64,000 bases of DNA, taken from the NCBI GenBank assembly GCA_963774955.1, contig CAVZGV010000003.1, positions 256,771 through 320,770 on the forward strand, read 5' to 3'. A model generated the notes under the pieces. That model saw only the letters and a program-made list of their open reading frames with translations, had not been told where the DNA came from and ran no database searches. A program made the translations under genes and the position numbers. Shown here in pieces: positions 18,738-27,584 of the stretch. This DNA comes from Candidatus Falkowbacteria bacterium (GTDB taxonomy: Bacteria; Patescibacteriota; Patescibacteriia; CAIXNZ01). The first letter of the stretch is position 1, and every line of letters starts with the position of its first letter.

Positions 18738-20501
18738 ATGCTTAAAAAGTGGGTTTTGAAAGAGCCGGTAAGTTTGGAATTGAAAAAACAGTTTCCGGAA
18801 ATGCCGGGTGTAATTTTGCAATTGCTGGTTAACCGAGGGTTAACGACTCAAAAGCAGATTGATGGTTTTTTAACCCCGGATTATGGTCAGGATGTGCTTG
18901 ACCCTTTTTTATTTCCGGACATGGATAAGGCAGTGGCCAGAATTTATCAGGCTGTGGCCAATAAAGAGAAAATTGCCATCCATGGTGATTATGACGCAGA
19001 TGGTGTTACCAGCAGTGCTTTGGTCGCTGATGTTTTGGGTAAGCTAGGCGCTGATTTTGAGGTTTATATTCCGCATCGGGAAAAAGAAGGTTATGGTCTT
19101 TTTGAGAAAACTATAAAATATTTTGTCAAACAAAAAATTAAGCTGATTATAACTGTTGATTGTGCGATCAGTAATTTTGCTGAAATCGAATTTGCCAATC
19201 AAAAGGGGATTGATGTGATTGTAACTGACCATCATGCTGAGCCAATGAAATTACCGCCGGCGTATGCGATTATTAATCCCAAAGTTAAATCATGTAATTA
19301 TCCATTTTATGATCTGGCCGGTGTGGGCGTGGCTTATAAACTTGCTCAAGCCATCATATCTAGAGACAAAAAGGGAATTTTTCCTGCGGGCTATGAAAAA
19401 TGGTTGCTTGATTTGGTGGCCATCGGCACAGTGACTGATGTCATGCCGTTATTGGGAGAAAATCGCACCTTGGTTAAATACGGCTTGATAGTTTTAAATA
19501 AAACGAAAAGAATCGGTTTAAAGCTTTTGGCGCAAAAATCCGGAATTTGGCCGGTAACTGAATCAGAATTAATGAATTCGGAGAATATTGGCTATGTTTT
19601 GGGCCCGCGTCTGAATGCTGCCGGTCGCATGGATCATGCCAATGGCGCTTATGAACTTTTAAAAACCGATGATCAGCTAGAAGCGGAAAAATTAGCTGAT
19701 GCTCTGGAAAAAAATAATAAAAAACGTCAGGGGGTGACTGAAAAAATAATGACAGATATTAAAAAAGAAGTTATAGATATTGATAAACAGCTGATAATTT
19801 TGTCTGAGGGCAATAATTGGCCACTGGGGATAATCGGTTTAGCTGCCGGTAAAATAAAAGACGAATATAATCGGCCGATATTGATCATCACAAAAACTTT
19901 GACTAAAATTGCGGGTTCCGGCCGCTCAATTCCAGAATTTAATATGATTGCGGCTTTGGATAAAGTCGCTGATTGTTTTAAGGTTTATGGTGGACATCCG
20001 GGCGCGGCCGGTTTTACCATGAAAAGCCGGAAATTTATTGCTGATTTTAAAAAACGAATTACTGAAATAGCTGAAAGTGAATTAAAGGGTCAGGATTTAT
20101 CACCGAAACTGGAAATTGAAGGCGAGCTGGATTTAAAGGATCTGACCTGGGAACTTTTTGAACAGATTGAAAAATTTGAGCCGTTTGGTACGGGTAACCC
20201 CAAGCCGGTATTTTTAGTTAAAAATTTACGGGTGGAAAATATCCGCACCGTCGGTAGCGACAATAAACATCTGAAATTGTTTCTCAAACATGACAATATG
20301 GTCAAAAGTTTTGAAGCCATTGGTTTTGGGATGGGGAATTTAATTAATGAGGTTAAATATGAGGATTTAGTGGATGTTGTTTGCGAGGTAAATTTGAATG
20401 AATTTAATGGAACTAGAAAGTTAGAGTTGAGGCTGGTAGATATAAAAAAGGTCAAAGAGGAAGATTTTGTTTCGACCTTAGACAAAAAAATAATAAAGTA
20501 G
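18738..20501 (+). CDS. recJ: Single-stranded-DNA-specific exonuclease RecJ
   Basis: DHH motifs (IHGDYDADGVTS; VIVTDHHAEP), a DHHA1-like GGHPGAAG and a C-terminal OB-fold region. Confidence 0.9.
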   Translation: MLKKWVLKEPVSLELKKQFPEMPGVILQLLVNRGLTTQKQIDGFLTPDYGQDVLDPFLFPDMDKAVARIYQAVANKEKIAIHGDYDADGVTSSALVADVLGKLGADFEVYIPHREKEGYGLFEKTIKYFVKQKIKLIITVDCAISNFAEIEFANQKGIDVIVTDHHAEPMKLPPAYAIINPKVKSCNYPFYDLAGVGVAYKLAQAIISRDKKGIFPAGYEKWLLDLVAIGTVTDVMPLLGENRTLVKYGLIVLNKTKRIGLKLLAQKSGIWPVTESELMNSENIGYVLGPRLNAAGRMDHANGAYELLKTDDQLEAEKLADALEKNNKKRQGVTEKIMTDIKKEVIDIDKQLIILSEGNNWPLGIIGLAAGKIKDEYNRPILIITKTLTKIAGSGRSIPEFNMIAALDKVADCFKVYGGHPGAAGFTMKSRKFIADFKKRITEIAESELKGQDLSPKLEIEGELDLKDLTWELFEQIEKFEPFGTGNPKPVFLVKNLRVENIRTVGSDNKHLKLFLKHDNMVKSFEAIGFGMGNLINEVKYEDLVDVVCEVNLNEFNGTRKLELRLVDIKKVKEEDFVSTLDKKIIK

Positions 20502-20526
20502 TTCGGAATCACAAAAAAAATTCACT

Positions 20527-20562
20527 AAAAACACGAAAATAGCTTTCGTGTTTTTTCGTGAT
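20527..20562. repeat. CACGAAAA-motif palindrome (AAAACACGAAAATAGCTTTCGTGTTTT + TTTTCGTGAT)
   Basis: Perfect inverted repeat ACACGAAA/TTTCGTGT followed by a third copy of TTTCGTG. It is related to the TIRs at 35707 and 36157 and to the motif at 44242. Confidence 0.5.
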
Positions 20563-20596
20563 AAAGATTTAGTGGTTCAGTTATCCTTGCAATTAT

Positions 20597-20634
20597 AAAA
20601 CCCCGAGGAACAAGTCCGCGGGGCTTTGGTTTTT
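20597..20634. terminator. Bidirectional terminator between recJ and the convergent 833-aa gene
   Basis: Hairpin CCCCGAGG...CCGCGGGG flanked by AAAA and TTTGGTTTTT. Confidence 0.5.
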
Positions 20635-23134
20635 AATCCTCGTCAGGATCGCTGCCGACAAAGAAGGTGTGAAATTCTCGATCAACAATTTTTGCTCCTG
20701 ATTTGAGGTCACCGCCCATTGAATCCGAATATTCGAATTCGTTGAGTGACGGCGGTAATTCCAGACGCAGGGTTCTGGTTTTGATCTTGGACTTGGGTAG
20801 GACCTCTTTGAGCAGGTCTACCAGTTCCTGGTCCTTGACTGCAATCATTACCGGTAAATCATTATCCCTGCTGATTTTGCCGGCTTTGGCTATCAGCCAT
20901 TGCAGCATGCCGATGCCGATCTCCCTGGACCAGGCTTTGCAGTACGGCCTTTCCATCAAAAGCAGGGGAATGGTTTCCTTATCCGTGTGGCCGTATTCAA
21001 ACGGCAAGAGGCGCATAATGCTGCGGCCAATGATGTCAAAATGATTATTTCTGATCCACAGTACTCGTTTGTTGGCATCAACCACATAAGCCGCCAGGCA
21101 TTGATTATGACCAGTCCATTCGTGCCAGCGTTGACAGCTTTGAACAGGTAAAGTACCGACTTTCATCAGCTCATAAGGCTTATCACTGTCTTCAAAGGTC
21201 AGATGCGAGATAGCTGAAGTGTCAGTGCTATTGAGCAGCTCAATAATTTGCTGCGTCAATTCTTTGGCTTCGGACGTGCCCAGCTTCTGAGCAATTTGGG
21301 ATAAATGACGCTGGATGTCTTTGAGCATTGTAACCGTGATCGCATTGATTTTCAACAACTCGCAGATGATTTTGATCAGGCCATATTCTTTTTTGATCTG
21401 ACCGAGTCTGGCGCCAATTTGCTTACGCTCTTCGGGAGACAAATCAGTGCCTCTGAGTTTCTTAACAAGATCTTCGTTTTCAGCGTCAATATCTGAGGTG
21501 ACTGGCTTGCCCGTGTGTTTTTCCCAGAGTACAGCTAGTTGTCCGGCTAAACGTTGGATAGCGTTGAGGCGCTGCTGGAGCGCGTCTGTCAGTCCGACAA
21601 TCATGGCATGCCGATGATCATCTTTCCACGCTTTCGGATTTGACAAGAAGTTGATTTGTTTGCCACTTGTTTTGTTACTGTAGCGCCAATGGTCAAAATG
21701 CTTGGCCATGGCTTGTTTGAGTGTTTCTGAGGCCAGCTCGGCCCCGCGCTCATAGCCATTGGCTTTGCATAATGAGGCATAGGTAAAGCACATTTCCAGC
21801 AGACCGTTTCTAGCCACAAGCTGCCAGATGTTATCCTGGGTCAGCAGGTTTAATTCTTCATCACTAAGATTAAGAATCTTTTTGTACATGGCTTTGGTTC
21901 CGTTTTCAACTTGGTAAACCAGATCTTCCATGGAAGCGCAATCAGCCGGATAGTTTAGATCCGATCTGGAACGAAGGCTAAGCATCTCAATGGCTTGTAA
22001 GCCCCGCAATAATTCCTCGCAGGAATTGGCCAGACTGATGAAATGACACAGTGATTTTTCAGCCTGCCCGGCATAGCGGAAGATATTCAGACAGCGCCAC
22101 AGCAATCTCTTGTCATCGCGTGACTTCTGGAAATGCTTGTCCGTGGTCAGCTCTTCCAGCTTGGCAATGATCTCTCGGGCCTGAGGCATTTCAAACTGAT
22201 ATTTGGTCAGAATGAGAAAGCCCAGACTCAGGGGCAGATTTTTCAGCGCTTGCAGCAGTTCCAGCCGTTCTGGCTGCTCGAAACATTGTTGCCAATCGAG
22301 ACTGCTTAGTGGATAGTCTATCAGGCTGCCGGCTTTGTAGTGGATGTTTTGCAGGATGACGGTAATGGCAAAACAGAATTTATCAGCTGTGTTTAGACAG
22401 GCTTGGATATCTTCAAGTTGCATTTTGAGCTGATCAAAATCCTTGGCTGAATTCTTGGTTTCTTTGGCCAGGTACGCAAGCAGGGAAGTGACCTCAGTCA
22501 GGGATAATCTTTGCAGAAAAAACGGGACCAGCTCGATGATGGCCGCAATATCATTGCCGGCGCCATCTTGATGCAGGGTTAAGAGGCTCCAGAATGCGTT
22601 CTGATAGTCTCTTTCGTTTAGACAATCATCCGCTGTATGCTCGGATAATTTATTTTGGTACGATTGCCAAATTGAGGAAGGCAGAGCATTGGCATGAGCC
22701 ATGGCCAAACTTAATTTGATGACCAAAAGCTGCCAGCTTCTCCAGTTTAGATATGTATCTTCCAGACATGAATTTTGCGGGCAGTGATCTGTCAGGTTAA
22801 GTAATGCCTGGGCCAATTCTGGAAGGCGGACTTGGCTGCGCATTTTGGGGCTTAGATTACCGCGCGAAGAAAATTTCGGTTTGACTGCTTTGGCCGTACT
22901 TTCTTTGGCCAGAAACTGTTTCCAGTCCTCAAAGGCAGAAAAACCTTTATTCAGCAGTTTCTGGTATCTTTCCAGCTGAAAGATTTCATAAAGAGCTTCT
23001 TTGTTGCCGTCATTCAGCAACCCCAGCTGTATTCCCAAATTTTGAGCCAGCACAAGACGTTGTTCTAAGCGCTGTTCTAACCTTGCCTCTTGCCGTAATT
23101 CCGGCCGGCAACACATCATAAGACCTAGTGCCAT
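20633..23134 (-). CDS. Large (833 aa) predominantly alpha-helical hypothetical protein, first gene of the high-GC island
   Basis: Long ORF with high-GC codon usage (CTG, GCC, CAG). It contains no Walker, HxH, GGDEF or other motifs I can recognise and has an acidic C-terminus (VGSDPDED). Confidence 0.6.
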   Translation of the reverse strand: MALGLMMCCRPELRQEARLEQRLEQRLVLAQNLGIQLGLLNDGNKEALYEIFQLERYQKLLNKGFSAFEDWKQFLAKESTAKAVKPKFSSRGNLSPKMRSQVRLPELAQALLNLTDHCPQNSCLEDTYLNWRSWQLLVIKLSLAMAHANALPSSIWQSYQNKLSEHTADDCLNERDYQNAFWSLLTLHQDGAGNDIAAIIELVPFFLQRLSLTEVTSLLAYLAKETKNSAKDFDQLKMQLEDIQACLNTADKFCFAITVILQNIHYKAGSLIDYPLSSLDWQQCFEQPERLELLQALKNLPLSLGFLILTKYQFEMPQAREIIAKLEELTTDKHFQKSRDDKRLLWRCLNIFRYAGQAEKSLCHFISLANSCEELLRGLQAIEMLSLRSRSDLNYPADCASMEDLVYQVENGTKAMYKKILNLSDEELNLLTQDNIWQLVARNGLLEMCFTYASLCKANGYERGAELASETLKQAMAKHFDHWRYSNKTSGKQINFLSNPKAWKDDHRHAMIVGLTDALQQRLNAIQRLAGQLAVLWEKHTGKPVTSDIDAENEDLVKKLRGTDLSPEERKQIGARLGQIKKEYGLIKIICELLKINAITVTMLKDIQRHLSQIAQKLGTSEAKELTQQIIELLNSTDTSAISHLTFEDSDKPYELMKVGTLPVQSCQRWHEWTGHNQCLAAYVVDANKRVLWIRNNHFDIIGRSIMRLLPFEYGHTDKETIPLLLMERPYCKAWSREIGIGMLQWLIAKAGKISRDNDLPVMIAVKDQELVDLLKEVLPKSKIKTRTLRLELPPSLNEFEYSDSMGGDLKSGAKIVDREFHTFFVGSDPDED

Positions 23135-23224
23135 ATCGTCCTCCTATAAAGGGTTTTTAATTTTCAAGGATCCAAGTCCCCTGAATAGAGAAATTTAGCA
23201 TGTAAATTTAAAAAAGTCAATTGT

Positions 23225-23298
23225 AAGCTACAAATATACAAATAAATACAAATGACTACAAATTTGTAATAATTTGTAGCTGATTTGTATATTTGTAA
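23225..23298. promoter_or_regulatory. Palindromic array of 4 direct + 4 inverted TACAAAT heptamers in the promoter region of the 833-aa gene
   Basis: TACAAAT occurs at 23229, 23237, 23247 and 23257. ATTTGTA occurs at 23263, 23272, 23284 and 23292. The array is symmetric about ~23262 and lies 90-165 nt upstream of the start at 23134. Confidence 0.5.
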
Positions 23299-23304
23299 CA
23301 GAAT

Positions 23305-23345
23305 TAAAAAAGCCCCGCGTGGATTTGATCCATGGCGGGGTCTTT
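23305..23345. terminator. Bidirectional rho-independent terminator
   Basis: AAAAAAG-CCCCGCGTGGAT-TTG-ATCCATGGCGGGG-TCTTTTGTT. Confidence 0.55.
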
Positions 23346-23353
23346 TGTTATTT

Positions 23354-23695
23354 CTAGGCTGCCTTGCTATCTTTGTTTTTTTCCATAGCCGGGAAAGGGA
23401 CAATCTCTGCAAATTCGATTGGCAGTAGGTTGTTGTCAATCCAGCTCTCGGAAAAGCCCTGGCTCTGCAACCAGCGCCGGCGATGGCCTTCATCTTGAAA
23501 GAGGAGCAGGTCATTGCCGTGGTTCAGATAGCGAGGAGCCATGCCCAGACGGAGCAGACCGTTGCAGAATGCTGATTTTATCCGCTGCGGATCAATTAAG
23601 CTCCGATGCGGATAACAGCTGATCTGAGTTTGACTGTCGACTACCTCCAGTTTTTCAACCTCGGAGGAGCAACGCGCAATTTCCCAAAATTCCAT
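23354..23695 (-). CDS. Small hypothetical protein (113 aa), paralog-like to the upstream gene
   Basis: AGGAGG lies 6 nt upstream of the ATG at 23695 (MEFWEIARC...). It shares a [FW]LQxxGF motif with the upstream small protein. The track ORF is extended upstream. Confidence 0.5.
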   Translation of the reverse strand: MEFWEIARCSSEVEKLEVVDSQTQISCYPHRSLIDPQRIKSAFCNGLLRLGMAPRYLNHGNDLLLFQDEGHRRRWLQSQGFSESWIDNNLLPIEFAEIVPFPAMEKNKDSKAA

Positions 23696-23708
23696 AATTG
23701 TCCTCCTT

Positions 23709-24017
23709 TTAGGCGGCTTGGGCCAGGCATTTGCCGGCGCACTGCACGCAGTATGGCTGGCAGGGAAGCTGGCCAGGCAGTTTGTCAAAGCCGTTTTGGA
23801 GAAAAAATTTTTCAATTTCCTCCATGCTTTTGCCGATGATGACTGGTTGGTTGTCCACTACTTCCAAGAAGATTCCGTCTCCGCAGATGCTTCTGGGAGT
23901 AATGTCATAGCGGACGTCTTTGGGTTTGTACAGCGGGTTGGTTGTCTGGTTCAAGATGGTAAACATCAGCCAGACTCCCAGATTACTGACGCGCAAAATC
24001 CTCTGGCTAATCGGCAT
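23709..24017 (-). CDS. Small hypothetical protein (102 aa) with a C-terminal Cys cluster
   Basis: AGGAG lies upstream of the ATG at 24017 (MPISQRIL...). The C-terminus reads CQPYCVQCAGKC. The stop is 13 nt before the next gene's start, so this is a two-gene operon. Confidence 0.5.
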   Translation of the reverse strand: MPISQRILRVSNLGVWLMFTILNQTTNPLYKPKDVRYDITPRSICGDGIFLEVVDNQPVIIGKSMEEIEKFFLQNGFDKLPGQLPCQPYCVQCAGKCLAQAA

Positions 24018-24454
24018 GATTTTTCTCCTTGGTTCGGTAGGCTGTTTGGTTGACAAAGGCCAATATTTATGGTTAAATCTATTGATTCTGGATTTATTAT
24101 CATATCATATTTATTCAATTTTGTCAAGGTTTAGTGCATTTCTTTGGATTAAATTGGCTAATTTTAGTCAATTATATAGTTAGTTGCTAATTTGGGGCAC
24201 AAGCATAGGTCATGAAAGCATTATTAGACTGTAAAATTTGACAACTTTGTTTTATTTGTTTAAGATTGGAAATTGTTTTATCATAGAAGTAGAGGAGGAT
24301 AGGTTACGACGGAATTGCATCTTGATTGGACATTTAAAATAATGAAGGCCCTCCTACACTAAAGCTTCGGAGGGCAAAGGAGGTGAATTAGTCGCGGCAA
24401 AGGAAAGTGTTGGATGTTAACTCGAACCAGAAAATTCACGGCAAGGAGGCCAAA

Positions 24455-27274
24455 ATGAGCAACAAAAAAGGAGGTGCCAATAAGCGCCTCAAATTGCTCA
24501 AAACAAGGGCCAGACCAGCTTTGAACTTCCCAGAGCTGGTTGGGATAGCCAGACATAGCTCAACTCCAAATGAGGCTGCCAAAAAAGCCACTGAGGAATT
24601 GTGTTATGAGCTGGCTTATCTCGCTGCCGGCGATCGGGTTGAAGCCTTAAAACAAGTCAAAGTTCTGCAAAGCGCTGTTCATCAGCTGACTGTAATCAGA
24701 AGAGATTATGGTCGTGCAGAATTTGGCAAGTTTGTGGCTGCCAATTCCGTGTCGACGGCAGACTCTACCAGTCCACGCTTACTGAAAAATGTAAGCACGG
24801 ACCAGAGCAAACAAGGAGAAAAGGATATGAACAGAAAAAAAGGAACAGCGGTCAAGGTCGAGAAGCAGGAAACTAACGTCCAGCCGAGCATTCCGCTCAA
24901 GCACATTACGTATAATGTTGCTTTGAACGGCGCACATGCCCGGGTGCGTTCCATCCAGGAATTCACCAATGACGCTGATCATCCGGTGGAAGCGATTTAC
25001 GTTTTTCCACTGCCTGATGAAGCCAGTGTCACGGCATGTTCGATGAAGATCGGTCGCAAGACCATCAAGGCTGAACTCAAGGAACGAGAACTGGCGCGCA
25101 GGGAATATGACCAGGCGATCAGCTCCGGTCATCACGGCGCTTTGATGGAACAGGAACGGCCAAACATTTTCACCATGAACGTGGGCGGCATCGAACCGAA
25201 AGAAACCATCAAAGTGGAAATCACCTATGTGCAGCGTATTCATTGGCAGGACGGCGGCGGTCGCTTTCGCGTGCCTCTGGTCGTAGCGCCCAGGTTTATC
25301 CCCGGTGTTCCGACCGGCAAGCAGGCTGGTGGCTGGGCTCCGGATACTGACGAAGTGCCGGATGCTTCGCGCATCACTCCGAATGTGGCGCCTGAAGGCG
25401 TGCTTTATAACGCCAGCATCAATGTCTCGTTCGCACCAGGTTTCCGCTGCCAAATGACTTCACCGTCACACGACATGATCGTCAAGGACCAGACTGTGGC
25501 CAAAGACGCCAAGATCGAACTGAAAACCGGCGACATCCGGACTGACAGGGACTTCACTCTGGTTTACAAATCCTTGTCCAAACGGCCTGAAGTCGCGGTT
25601 TTCCAGAATGCGGGCAAGGACGAAAGTTTTTGCCTGGTCAACATTCTGCCTCCGGGTGATGTGGCGACTGTTCCCAGCGATGTGGTTTTCCTGCTCGACA
25701 TTTCCGGCAGCATGGACGGTCCCAAACTCGAGGGCCTGAAAGTCCTGGCCAAAAAAGTCCTGACCAAAATCAGGGACCAGAAGCTGGGACATCGGGTTTC
25801 CATCATTGCTTTTGAAAGCAGGCCGCATCTGATCGTGCCGCTGAGTGACATCTCTGATGTGCATTTGCAGGGTATTGATCGGCTTAGCGACACGGGTGGA
25901 ACCGAACTCGGACCGGCGCTGACAGCGGCTCATCAGCAATTGGGTGACAGTGGTCGTCCACGTATTATTTTCCTGATCAGTGACGGCCAGACCGAAAGCC
26001 TGAATTACCAGGGACACGGAGTTCGGATCATTGCGGCTGGCATCGACAGCGCAGTCAATGATTCCACGCTCAAACAGCTGGCGCAGAAGACCAACGGTAC
26101 CTATGTGAATTACTTCCCGGGCGAAGACTTTGACCGCGCAGCCAACAGCCTGATCGGCATGCTTTCCGGACCGGTTCTGCGTGAAGTCAAAGTGGACAGT
26201 CAGGCTGAAGTGGCCGGGCTGACCGATGTCTTTACCGGACGGCCGGCTTCCATTGCTCTGCGTTTTGACCAGGGTCTGCCTGCTGAAATAAAAATCAGCG
26301 GTCAGGATCCTTCGGGTCAGGAGCAGACTTGGAATTTCAAACCGGCCAGTGGCAAAGATTGCGACTTCGCTGCTCAGATCTGGGCGCGCGAGGCTATCCG
26401 TGAAACGCCGGACAAAACCAAACAGGTGCAAATCAGTTTGAAACACGGCGTCATCTGCAGCGGAACTTCTTTCGTGGCCATTTCCGAAAAGGAAGTGCCG
26501 GGTGAGAAACCGGTGCGGGTGGAGATCCCGGTGAACCTGCCCATGGGCTGGGTCTATGACAAGATCTTTGGCGGAGCCAGTTCTCACGTTAAGGGTCTGG
26601 GATTGAACAGTTCCAGAATCGGCGCTCCGATGGCGCTTCATGCCTTTGCACCTCCGTCTCGCAGCAGCTTTGGGCTTGTTGATGATGACTTTGGCAGCGG
26701 TCATGTTGACTCTTTCGAGTGCTGCTTCGAGGATTCGCCAGTCTACGGAGACGCAGAATGCATCGAGGAAGTTTGCGAGTGCTGCGGATGCGAAGACGAG
26801 GACGATGTGTCCGGTGGCGGACAGGAAATTTTGGACGACTTTGGATATGAGCGTTTCAACTTGGAATCACTTGATCTGGTTGACCGGCTGATCGCCATCA
26901 TGATCAACATCCAGCTGCCTGGTTATCCTTCTCAGAACGCCGAAGCCACTTTCATCGAGCTTGAACGCAACTTGACTGTCAAGGAAATCAAGTCCTGGAG
27001 CGATGAAAAACGGGCCATGGCACTGTACTTCGTGATGCGCCTGAGATCTTGTGGCCTCAAATTGGAAGACCCGAAGGTGATGGATGCTCTGGCTGTGCCG
27101 TCCAAAAATTCCAAAGAAGCGGACTGCTGGCAGTATCTCACGGCCAAGGAAATCGGACTCGGCACTCAGGGTGTTCCTGCTGTTCCAAATTCCATGGACG
27201 GCGCGGACTACATCATGTGGAAAATCAATCCGATCAATCCGCAGCCGACCGGTGACTGGTCGCTTGTTCCTTAA
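24455..27274 (+). CDS. VIT (vault/inter-alpha-trypsin) + von Willebrand factor A domain protein with an acidic Cys-cluster C-terminal region
   Basis: The VIT-like region runs ITYNVALNGAHARVRSIQEFTND...VFPLPDEASVTACSMKIGRKTIKAELKER...TYVQRIHWQDGGGRFRVPL. The vWA has a complete MIDAS (VVFLLDISGSMDG...SDTGGTELGPAL...FLISDGQ). The tail reads CCFEDSPVYGDAECIEEVCECCGCEDEDD. AAGGAGG lies upstream of the ATG at 24455. Confidence 0.8.
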   Translation: MSNKKGGANKRLKLLKTRARPALNFPELVGIARHSSTPNEAAKKATEELCYELAYLAAGDRVEALKQVKVLQSAVHQLTVIRRDYGRAEFGKFVAANSVSTADSTSPRLLKNVSTDQSKQGEKDMNRKKGTAVKVEKQETNVQPSIPLKHITYNVALNGAHARVRSIQEFTNDADHPVEAIYVFPLPDEASVTACSMKIGRKTIKAELKERELARREYDQAISSGHHGALMEQERPNIFTMNVGGIEPKETIKVEITYVQRIHWQDGGGRFRVPLVVAPRFIPGVPTGKQAGGWAPDTDEVPDASRITPNVAPEGVLYNASINVSFAPGFRCQMTSPSHDMIVKDQTVAKDAKIELKTGDIRTDRDFTLVYKSLSKRPEVAVFQNAGKDESFCLVNILPPGDVATVPSDVVFLLDISGSMDGPKLEGLKVLAKKVLTKIRDQKLGHRVSIIAFESRPHLIVPLSDISDVHLQGIDRLSDTGGTELGPALTAAHQQLGDSGRPRIIFLISDGQTESLNYQGHGVRIIAAGIDSAVNDSTLKQLAQKTNGTYVNYFPGEDFDRAANSLIGMLSGPVLREVKVDSQAEVAGLTDVFTGRPASIALRFDQGLPAEIKISGQDPSGQEQTWNFKPASGKDCDFAAQIWAREAIRETPDKTKQVQISLKHGVICSGTSFVAISEKEVPGEKPVRVEIPVNLPMGWVYDKIFGGASSHVKGLGLNSSRIGAPMALHAFAPPSRSSFGLVDDDFGSGHVDSFECCFEDSPVYGDAECIEEVCECCGCEDEDDVSGGGQEILDDFGYERFNLESLDLVDRLIAIMINIQLPGYPSQNAEATFIELERNLTVKEIKSWSDEKRAMALYFVMRLRSCGLKLEDPKVMDALAVPSKNSKEADCWQYLTAKEIGLGTQGVPAVPNSMDGADYIMWKINPINPQPTGDWSLVP

Positions 27275-27310
27275 ACATCAACTCTAACCGTTAGCTGGCA
27301 ACAGTTAACG

Positions 27311-27346
27311 AGGGGCTTGTGGTGAAAACCGCAGGCCCCTTTTTTA
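27311..27346 (+). terminator. Rho-independent terminator after the VIT-vWA gene
   Basis: AGGGGC...GCCCC hairpin followed by TTTTTTATTT. Confidence 0.5.
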
Positions 27347-27584
27347 TTTGGTCAATAGTGTTGTGGTTAAGATGTCGGTTTTGTAATTGGTGTTTCGGGT
27401 AATGTTTTTTGTTACGTGAAATGAAATTTGTCTATGTTATCAACAGTTTTATAGTTTATGTTTTTAAAATATTATGCTATAATTTAAATAATAAATAATA
27501 TTTACTTTAGTTGAGATTGTCGCTTTGTCAGGGGGGTGAGGAAATATTCCAAGGGGATATTTTTTTAGTTATAAGGAGGGAAAG

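Noticed and set aside
25466-26704. 412-aa minus-strand ORF (plus 224-aa, 109-aa and other ORFs) antisense to the VIT-vWA gene
   Set aside because: These are stop-poor shadow ORFs in high-GC DNA. They have no start context, no SD and no terminator. The sense strand has clear VIT and vWA/MIDAS motifs and an AAGGAGG SD.
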